From Candidatus Saccharimonadia bacterium (GTDB taxonomy: Bacteria; Patescibacteriota; Saccharimonadia; Saccharimonadales; 2-12-FULL-41-12): 64,000 nt of DNA. The stretch covers positions 927,752 through 991,751 of the forward strand of contig OY970327.1 in the NCBI GenBank assembly GCA_963717365.1, written 5' to 3'. A program made the position numbers and the translations under genes. The notes under the pieces were generated by a model, which was not told the origin of the DNA, ran no database searches, and saw only the letters and a program-made list of their open reading frames with translations. This document shows, piece after piece, positions 56,565 to 62,661 of the stretch. Numbering within the stretch: the stretch's first letter is position 1; each line of letters starts with the position of its first letter.

Positions 56565-56734
56565 GGAGCTAATTCACATCTATCTGCTATGAGCGAAACT
56601 TCAGCAGCTGCCTTAATTTTCAATTGGTTTTCTCGGTTTTTGGTCGTACCTACGGGTACGAGCCGAAAACGAAAAACCGATTGAAAGTGGCAGACCTGAG
56701 GTTTTTAGCTAGCAGATAGATGTGAATTAGCTCC
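56565..56734. repeat. 170-nt extended imperfect palindrome with perfect 25-bp terminal inverted repeats (structured RNA or MITE-like element)
   Basis: GGAGCTAATTCACATCTATCTGCTA (56565-56589) is the exact reverse complement of 56710-56734. The interior arms also pair down to a CGTACC-tacg-GGTACG tip at about 56645-56660. It occupies the divergent intergenic region between the WbaP-type gene and gtrA. Confidence 0.75.
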
Positions 56735-56776
56735 GAGTGATATACTGAACGATAGATATTACCAAAAAGTTAAAAC

Positions 56777-57286
56777 ATGGCGCAAAAAACAAAGAAACCT
56801 AAAAAAACCGAACTACGGCGTTTCACCGAATATATGATAAGCGGTGGCGCCTATTTCTGGTCAGGCTATCTGGTATTTTTCTTTATTGATAAGGGCTTGG
56901 GTATGACCTTTTTCTGGGCCAAGTCAATTTCTACTCTGGTGGGCTGGAGCGTTAACTATGCCTTGCAGCGTTACTGGGTATTTAAAAATCCAGAACTCGC
57001 TAAGCACAAAACCCAGGTTACCAGCCGCTACACTTTCATCACGCTGGTCAACTTTGTGCTCGATTATCTTATTGTCTTTGGCCTTAAAACCATCGGCATA
57101 ACCCCATACATTGGCCAATTTATCTCTTCGGCGTTCTTTACCGTCTGGAACTACCTTTGGTACAAATATTGGGTATTCCCTGACAAATTTGATAAAAAGA
57201 AAACTAAGCGGGTCAAACAGACCCCAGCGCATGTATTGGCTCATCATGCCCACGGCCACACTGCTTACCGAGTACACCCAAAATGA
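56777..57286 (+). CDS. gtrA: GtrA-family membrane protein (polyprenol-linked sugar translocation family)
   Basis: Four TM helices. YMISGGAYFWSGYLVFFFI, NYALQRYWVFK and VWNYLWYKYWVF are typical GtrA-like repeats. Extended basic/His-rich C-terminus. Confidence 0.75.
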   Translation: MAQKTKKPKKTELRRFTEYMISGGAYFWSGYLVFFFIDKGLGMTFFWAKSISTLVGWSVNYALQRYWVFKNPELAKHKTQVTSRYTFITLVNFVLDYLIVFGLKTIGITPYIGQFISSAFFTVWNYLWYKYWVFPDKFDKKKTKRVKQTPAHVLAHHAHGHTAYRVHPK

Positions 57287-57741
57287 GCACGGTTGTCCGC
57301 CCAACCAAAAAACAGCGCGAGCTGCTGACCTTCCTTGATGAATTTATCACCCAGCACGGCTACAGCCCCAGTTACCGCGAAATCATGTCCGGATGCAGCT
57401 ATACGTCTGTGGCTACCGTCGCCTTGCACGTTAACAGCTTGATTAAGCGCGGCCACCTTCGTAAAAAAGACCGCTCGGCTCGTTCGTTAGAAGTTATCAA
57501 AGAAACCGAAACGGCAGATCTTGCAAAAATACAAACCACCGCCTTAAAAGCCAGCGAAGAAAAATGGTTGGTAGAGAAAATCGATTATAAATTTAGACAG
57601 TGTGAAGACTCATCTCAGCCAAGTGAAGCTGACATCGATGGATTGTATGTATTGGTCGGTGCTCTAAAAGTATTGCAGCTGGAGGGCGCGGCCAGCTCGT
57701 TTATGCCACGGCTGAGCGAACTGAAAAAACAATTTAAATAA
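57283..57741 (+). CDS. LexA-N-terminal-domain-like winged-helix DNA-binding protein lacking the S24 peptidase domain
   Basis: TKKQRELLTFLDEFITQHGYSPSYREIMSG...SVATVALHVNSLIKRGHLRK matches the LexA DNA-binding domain. The remaining ~80 aa show no Ala-Gly cleavage site or Ser/Lys dyad. ATGA overlap with gtrA. Confidence 0.7.
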   Translation: MSTVVRPTKKQRELLTFLDEFITQHGYSPSYREIMSGCSYTSVATVALHVNSLIKRGHLRKKDRSARSLEVIKETETADLAKIQTTALKASEEKWLVEKIDYKFRQCEDSSQPSEADIDGLYVLVGALKVLQLEGAASSFMPRLSELKKQFK

Positions 57742-57880
57742 TTATGAAAACGCATTTGTTGCATGCGCAGCCAGTTGACAAGCATAAACGTGAGCATATA
57801 AGCTGGTACTTAAGACGCTCATGGTAATGGACCTAACATGTAGTACAGTGAAATTAACAAAAACAACCAACCAAGGTGGG

Positions 57881-57910
57881 TTGACAAAAAATCTCTAATG
57901 TTGCTATCAT
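57881..57910 (+). promoter_or_regulatory. Sigma70-like promoter of candidate sRNA
   Basis: TTGACA (57881-57886), an 18-nt spacer, then TATCAT (57905-57910). A second TTGACA-16-TATAAG lies at 57773-57800. Confidence 0.45.
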
Positions 57911-57916
57911 AGTAGT

Positions 57917-58025
57917 CCTGTGTCAAACAGGAATATTTAGATAGCCGCGTTAAACCGGCTAAGACTCAAACGAAAGTTTGAATCGCAACTGTAGCAAAAA
58001 AGCACCCGTAAAAAGGTGCTTTTTT
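57917..58025 (+). ncRNA. Candidate ~110-nt small RNA bounded by promoter and intrinsic terminator
   Basis: Three local hairpins: CCTGT-gtcaa-ACAGG, GCCG-cgttaaac-CGGC, and GACTCAAAC-GAAA-GTTTGAATC with a GNRA loop. These are followed by the terminator AGCACC-cgtaaaaa-GGTGCT + TTTTTT. No ORF and no + strand gene downstream. Confidence 0.4.
57996..58025. terminator. Bidirectional intrinsic terminator
   Basis: AAAAA-AGCACC-cgtaaaaa-GGTGCT-TTTTT gives an A-run and a T-run flanking a 6-bp GC-rich stem. It can serve the + strand sRNA candidate and the - strand 40-aa ORF. Confidence 0.7.
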
Positions 58026-58066
58026 GTTGAGTTGTTTATAACGGTTAACAGCCCGTCTTAAATTAA

Positions 58067-58189
58067 CTACTTTCTACGACGAATTGTCTCGGTCTGCGTG
58101 ATCTTGGGGCTTGTAACTGCTTTACGCGGTTCTACAAAGCGACCAGTGATAGAGCTACGCACTACCTTGATAGGTTTTGAATTAGCCAT
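58067..58189 (-). CDS. 40-aa basic small protein (not in ORF track)
   Basis: Hand translation gives MANSKPIKVVRSSITGRFVEPRKAVTSPKITQTETIRRRK. A strong SD AGGAG lies 7 nt upstream of the ATG, and the bidirectional terminator follows. It resembles a widespread family of tiny ...SGRFV...TT.TET... proteins (recalled from memory, unverified). Confidence 0.55.
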   Translation of the reverse strand: MANSKPIKVVRSSITGRFVEPRKAVTSPKITQTETIRRRK

Positions 58190-58262
58190 GCTAATACTCC
58201 TGCCTGATTAAGCCATGCTTGATATTAAAAGAGAGAGCCGCATGTGTGGCTTACCAATCTTT

Positions 58263-58379
58263 TGGCGGCGGGAGAGGGATTCGAACCCTCGACGCGTATT
58301 TGAATTGCAACTGTAATTGTTCATCGTTTCACGTATCTGTTTTGGAGACAGGCACATTAAACCACTCTGTCATCCCGCC
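58263..58379 (-). tRNA. Atypical 117-nt tRNA-like gene (class-II/Ser-like body, anticodon loop CUCCAAA = CCA, 45-nt variable region, encoded CCA end)
   Basis: Acceptor GGCGGGA/UCCCGCC, discriminator G, 3' CCA. D arm ACA-GAGUGGUUUAA-UGU. Anticodon arm CCUGU-CUCCAAA-ACAGA (4 bp + C:A). T arm GAGGG-UUCGAAU-CCCUC. 45 nt (UACGUG...UACGCGUC) lie between the anticodon stem and the T stem. Confidence 0.6.
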
Positions 58380-58431
58380 ACTTTGGTGTTATTTTCTGTT
58401 AATTCATTTTGATTTCTCAATAATTTCAGAA

Positions 58432-58536
58432 CAAAAAAGAAGTTCACACCAGCCTCGGAGTGTAGGTGCCGGTTAGGCTTCTACGCTTTGGAGCGTTGGT
58501 ACTTCTACCTACTACTCCAAGCTGCTATGAACTTCT
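58432..58536 (-). terminator. 99-nt extended hairpin followed by U6 on the minus strand (terminator or 3' end of a structured RNA)
   Basis: On the minus strand, AGAAGUUCA (58536-58528) pairs with UGAACUUCU (58446-58438). Inner helix CAGCUUGGAGUAGUAGGU/CACCUACACUCCGAGGCUG. Apical ACGCU-ccaa-AGCGU. U-run at 58437-58432. Confidence 0.5.
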
Positions 58537-58624
58537 AACTATGCTAACCGAATCTTTGACGGGTACCAGCCGTGTTTGTGAATGAACTCACACCTTGTAA
58601 CACTAGTCTAGCGTTAACAATATA

Positions 58625-58653
58625 ATAGTAACGCTAGCTATAGCGTAATGCAA
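58625..58653 (-). promoter_or_regulatory. Candidate minus-strand sigma70-like promoter
   Basis: On the minus strand, TTGCAT (58653-58648), a 17-nt spacer, then TACTAT (58630-58625). It overlaps a 9-bp hairpin CTAGCGTTA/TAACGCTAG (58608-58637). Confidence 0.35.
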
Positions 58654-58704
58654 GCTTTTTACGTAGTGTTAATTACACAGTTTTACAGGTAATAAGTCTT
58701 CGAT

Positions 58705-60873
58705 TCAACCAATCTGAACCAACTGATTGTGCCTAACCGCGTCCATAATTACTATTTCGCCCATGGCAGGTGTAATGTTTATAAAGCTGCGCCACGGATT
58801 AGTGATGGAAACTACTCTAGACGTAGGCAAATCAAGTGATGATAGGCCGCGGGCGCCTTCGATAGCCTTGAGCCAGGCAAGCGGTGTTTTGCCAAAGCGA
58901 CCCTCTTCGCTAGCGGAGCCGTCCATGCGCCATTTGGCGTAGGTTGTGCTTACTTGAGCTTTATCGGAGTCAGAAAGTACCACCCGAGCCGCGCCAGCAT
59001 TCTCCATGGTCTCTAGTGCGTATGTCGGGCTGTCAATACCAGGAGCAATCACTACTGAGTAAACTTTTTCTATGCTGCCATGTTCTTCTAGTCTCGCAAG
59101 GCCGGAGAGCACGGCAATATCCTGGTCGGGGGAAGTAGTAACTCCATCATTTGGGTTATTATCACTGCGGTAGAGCGAATCGCCGCCCGTATCTACGCCA
59201 ACTACAATTTCCGCGTTTACCATGTCCGCCAGTTCGCGAATATTTTGCTGCACGACCTCCGGATCGGTACTGGTAAGAATGAATATCCGGTTGTTCTCAC
59301 TGCCGTCCTCAAATGGAATAGCTTCTAAGAAACGCCAGTCGCTGGCAGCTTCTGTTTCTTTAGTTATCTCAACCAGCGCGCTGCTTACGCGTTCGCCCGG
59401 ATTAGTAAGAGGTTTCTCGCCGTTTCTGACAGAGACAATCGCGCTTGTTTTGCTGCCATACTTTTCTTCAAATATCTTGCTCAGCATTGCTGCCTGTAAT
59501 CCGTCAGAACCGCCGCCCATGCCCACAAACAGTACGCGCTTGTCGTGTAAGCCGGTATAACCTTCAAACATAGGCAAGCTGTTTAGGTTATCCAGGCTTT
59601 GTTTTTGAATTTCTGGAACAAACATATTGCCATGGCGGTTAAATCGTATAATTGCATCTTCTAGCTTGAGCGTGCCTTGGTTTAATGCACGCGTAAGATC
59701 GCCAAGTTCAGCGGTAACTACGCCTGTTTTTCCATTTCTACGAGCATCAATATCTGCAATATGTGCTTCTTGTAGAATATGGGCAAAGTAGGTTAAAGCA
59801 GTTTCCATTTGGTGTTGTTCCGATAGGGCTTTTAGCAAGGCCGGTCCGTAGTAGGGCAACGTAGCGCGGTCATCAATGCCGGTTTTATTAAGTTCAGTGG
59901 TCAGGATAGTTTTAACCGCTAGAGCCAAATTATCGTAGGCTTCTTTTAACGGCTCAAATTGTTCTGGTGATGCGTAACGGAGCATACAACCTAAGCGTAC
60001 TTGGGCTTTAGCTTCAGCGATTTGGTCTGTTCCCAATTCTTGGGTATTAACTCCAAGTTGTTGTGCTCGGTATTCAAGGTAGGTGTTGTAGCGTTCGGTT
60101 GCGCCGCTCAACTCAGTGCTAGAAAGTGCCGCGGTGGCCCGGGACATGCTCATATAGGTGGGAAAGGTAAGAACAATAGAGCTGTCAGGGTTTACGTGCC
60201 CAACCACGCCGGCTAAATCCAGCATGGCATGCATAACGTACATGCTTCGGGTTTTTTCCTCTAGATCTTCTGGTATTGCTTCAAGACTAGCCGCCGGTCC
60301 TTCGGTTTGTAGGAACTGCGCATAGTTTAGGCGGATGCCAAATATTCTTTGGATAAGCTTCTGTTCTTCTTCCGGGAATTTGCCATAACTTGGCAAGAGA
60401 CTTTCCTGCTGTGCGGCATACTGCGAATTTCCTAGTAAGCTGGTAAGAACTTCATCATGGTCAACTTCTTTAGGATCAATACCCATTTCATCAAATACAC
60501 GTCCGCTTTTGCCAATATCATGGATAAGCATAATATATTGCATGGTTTCAAAGCTTTGATGTTCGTCAAGGGTTTCAGTAAACCAGTTATTAAGCTCGTC
60601 AAACTGCTCGCGGGTGAGACGTACTGCTTCATTTTGTACTTCTGTGAGAGCCGCATAATTTTCATCTCCGCCTTCGTATAGGTAACGCAAGCAATTCAGC
60701 GAGCACTGGGTACGCTTTTTCTCGGCGTCAAGGTCAAATTGCCCGGATGCTGCTTCAGGGGTGGCGGCCACATCATATCCGCTTAATAGTTGCCATTCAG
60801 GCAGGGAGTCTATATCAAACTGTGGGTTCGCGGCTGAGTTATGAGGAGGTGAATAAGAGTTGGCTTGCTTCAT
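58705..60873 (-). CDS. Two-domain protein of unknown function: N-terminal HD-motif-containing helical domain + C-terminal DUF1152-like domain
   Basis: HD-like motif is IMLIHDIGKSG, with a later YVMHAMLDLAGVVGH. The C-terminal half has VLFVGMGGGSDGLQAA and IVVGVDTGGDSL, the paired GGG(S/G)D / D-x-GGD motifs I associate with DUF1152 (from memory). 722 aa. Confidence 0.55.
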   Translation of the reverse strand: MKQANSYSPPHNSAANPQFDIDSLPEWQLLSGYDVAATPEAASGQFDLDAEKKRTQCSLNCLRYLYEGGDENYAALTEVQNEAVRLTREQFDELNNWFTETLDEHQSFETMQYIMLIHDIGKSGRVFDEMGIDPKEVDHDEVLTSLLGNSQYAAQQESLLPSYGKFPEEEQKLIQRIFGIRLNYAQFLQTEGPAASLEAIPEDLEEKTRSMYVMHAMLDLAGVVGHVNPDSSIVLTFPTYMSMSRATAALSSTELSGATERYNTYLEYRAQQLGVNTQELGTDQIAEAKAQVRLGCMLRYASPEQFEPLKEAYDNLALAVKTILTTELNKTGIDDRATLPYYGPALLKALSEQHQMETALTYFAHILQEAHIADIDARRNGKTGVVTAELGDLTRALNQGTLKLEDAIIRFNRHGNMFVPEIQKQSLDNLNSLPMFEGYTGLHDKRVLFVGMGGGSDGLQAAMLSKIFEEKYGSKTSAIVSVRNGEKPLTNPGERVSSALVEITKETEAASDWRFLEAIPFEDGSENNRIFILTSTDPEVVQQNIRELADMVNAEIVVGVDTGGDSLYRSDNNPNDGVTTSPDQDIAVLSGLARLEEHGSIEKVYSVVIAPGIDSPTYALETMENAGAARVVLSDSDKAQVSTTYAKWRMDGSASEEGRFGKTPLAWLKAIEGARGLSSLDLPTSRVVSITNPWRSFINITPAMGEIVIMDAVRHNQLVQIG

Positions 60874-60876
60874 TAT

Positions 60877-61521
60877 TTACGAATTTACTTTACTATGTGT
60901 CTTGGCAAAATCGGCAGCTTCTTTGCCGAATTGCCCGCTGGCGATTGCCTGAGCGAACGCATGATTTTCCGCGCGGCCTTCCATAAATCGTAGATAGGCT
61001 GGGTTCTTGGTTTGGGTTAGCTCTATTAAGTTTTTCGCAATACCATACAGGGCAATACTAGTTTCTAGCATTTCATCCAGGGAAGAAACTACAAATACAT
61101 TAGGTGAAGCATTGTTTGCAAGATGAGTAGCGGTCAGTTTCCGAGCTCTTAGAGATTCTTTTCTCGCTACCTCGTTATCTGGCTCTACTGAGTCATCCAG
61201 ATCTAATTCAATCATAGGTATGACAAATTTTGGCAGAGGAGTAGGGGCGCGCAGACTGCTGACTATTGAGTAGCCTGTTTCGGCAAGACTGCCACTACCT
61301 AGAGTCGAGCCGAGTACTGGCCAGCATTGTACGACGTCATGTGCTAAATGGTCAGATTCAATATCGGCCATTTCAGGCTTCCAGGTACCGGGAGCGAGCT
61401 GAGGATTATAATAGTTTATTCCTTGACGCTCATACTCAGGGATAAAGAGTTCCTGCCGAAAAGTAGACTCCCCGCAGGTGCCAAACAAGCCTACAACTGG
61501 TTGTAATTCGAATGCCGACAT
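60877..61521 (-). CDS. Nucleoside 2-deoxyribosyltransferase-like (Nuc_deoxyri_tr2-type) protein
   Basis: VVGLFGTCGESTFRQELFIPEYERQGINYYNPQL..W.PEM...E..HL..DVV..WPVLGSTLGSGSLAETGYSI matches the pattern of the NDT-like family: an N-terminal G-x-CG loop, FNPQ, and S-x-x-E near the end of strand 4. Its stop is 3 nt from the next ATG. Confidence 0.55.
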   Translation of the reverse strand: MSAFELQPVVGLFGTCGESTFRQELFIPEYERQGINYYNPQLAPGTWKPEMADIESDHLAHDVVQCWPVLGSTLGSGSLAETGYSIVSSLRAPTPLPKFVIPMIELDLDDSVEPDNEVARKESLRARKLTATHLANNASPNVFVVSSLDEMLETSIALYGIAKNLIELTQTKNPAYLRFMEGRAENHAFAQAIASGQFGKEAADFAKTHSKVNS

Positions 61522-61618
61522 AATTTTGTCATTATATTATCATAAATAATCTGTAAAGTCAATTTTCTGTGGCAATAATTACCCTGTTAATGAATGTCTT
61601 AGTCTATAATTGATCGCA

Positions 61619-62425
61619 ATGGAAATACTACAAGCAATTCTACTAGGAATTCTGGAAGGTTTTACCGAGTTCCTGCCCATCTCCAGCACTGGGCATCTGA
61701 TAGTAGCCAGTGAGCTGGTAGGCTACAAAGATACGGCTAAAATCTTTACAGTCGTGATCCAGATGGGCACGGTCGCCGCCGTGTTATGGTTTTACCGAAA
61801 TGACCTGATAGCTAAAATAAAAGGCCTATTCCAGCGCGATAAGGCAATTACGCGGTTCTGGGTTGCTTGGGTCGCTGCAACCATACCGGCAGCGCTGGCC
61901 GGCTTTTTATTTAAAGATGCGCTGTCGGTATACGCCGTGTCGCTGACGGTTGCAATTGCGCTGATTATTGGCGGTATATTGATCTGGATTATTGAAACCT
62001 ATCATCAGGCGCCTAAAAACACCTCTGGTGAGCCACAACTTGAGAAGTTATCAATTAGTCAGGCCGCAAAAGTCGGCGCTTTTCAGATGTTGGCGTTAGT
62101 ACCGGGTGTTTCCCGTTCCGGCGCGACAATTATGGGTGGTTTGCTGACCGGGCTAGACCGAGTTACGGCTGCTTCTTTTTCGTTTTATTTAAGTATCCCT
62201 ATTTTGCTGCTGGCGGGCGGCTATCAGCTGGTAAAAGGACATGATGAACTTACCACTGTTAGTGGCGGCGCACCGGCTCTATTAGCCGGAACGGTCGCAG
62301 CGTTCATCACGGCTCTAATTGTTATTAAAAGTCTGCTCAAATACCTCTATAAACACGATTTTAAGATCTTCGCCTATTACCGGATTGTGCTCGGGGTTAT
62401 TATTTTGGTAGCACTGGCGGCATAG
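61619..62425 (+). CDS. uppP: Undecaprenyl-diphosphate phosphatase (BacA/UppP)
   Basis: MEILQAILLGILEGFTEFLPISSTGHL and PGVSRSGATIMGGL are the canonical UppP motifs. I prefer the ATG at 61619 over the track's TTG at 61610. Confidence 0.9.
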   Translation: MEILQAILLGILEGFTEFLPISSTGHLIVASELVGYKDTAKIFTVVIQMGTVAAVLWFYRNDLIAKIKGLFQRDKAITRFWVAWVAATIPAALAGFLFKDALSVYAVSLTVAIALIIGGILIWIIETYHQAPKNTSGEPQLEKLSISQAAKVGAFQMLALVPGVSRSGATIMGGLLTGLDRVTAASFSFYLSIPILLLAGGYQLVKGHDELTTVSGGAPALLAGTVAAFITALIVIKSLLKYLYKHDFKIFAYYRIVLGVIILVALAA

Positions 62426-62459
62426 AGAGATACGCTACAGCTGGTGTAATTTTTACGGC

Positions 62460-62483
62460 TAGCACGCTAGCAGTAGCGTGCTA
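62460..62483. terminator. 10-bp perfect hairpin downstream of uppP
   Basis: TAGCACGCTA-gcag-TAGCGTGCTA. No U-tract. Confidence 0.4.
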
Positions 62484-62661
62484 TAGTACTTATACTTAAC
62501 AAAATATGCTGGAATCACGTGCAATTCGTGAACTGTGCCGCAACGGTGAACGTTTCTCATAAGAAGCCTAAGTCCGATACAGCTACTAACAAGTCTTCCG
62601 AGCAGAAGCAACCGAACTAGTCTTCAAAACCTCCGCTCAAAAAGATAACAAGGATTTACTA

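Noticed and set aside
56565-56734. Calling the 170-nt palindrome a MITE/IS remnant outright.
   Set aside because: I found no second copy in these 64 kb, no transposase, and no convincing direct target-site duplication flanking the 25-bp arms. It is therefore reported as an inverted repeat or structured-RNA candidate, with the MITE option left open.
57917-58025. Tried to assign the promoter/terminator-bounded sRNA candidate to SRP (4.5S) RNA, 6S RNA, RNase P RNA or a riboswitch.
   Set aside because: It lacks the SRP helix-8 motifs (GGAA-loop with AGCAGC bulge), the RNase P P4 motif (GAGGAAAGUCC) and a 6S-like long rod. No downstream gene exists for a riboswitch. It is kept only as an unclassified candidate.
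58219-58476. 85-aa plus-strand ORF from the track.
   Set aside because: It overlaps the tRNA-like gene and the hairpin/U-tract on the opposite strand. It has no RBS, and its sequence is dictated by the RNA structure.
58263-58653. Considered that the tRNA-like 3' end plus the upstream structured region could be a ~350-nt tmRNA (ssrA), one-piece or permuted.
   Set aside because: The only sequence able to pair with the 3' acceptor strand (GGCGGGA) lies 117 nt upstream and is followed by normal D- and anticodon-like arms. There is no G3:U70 pair and the discriminator is G, not A. No GGUUUCGAC-type 5' motif is present, and no plausible Ala-rich tag ORF ending in ..LAA was found in any frame.
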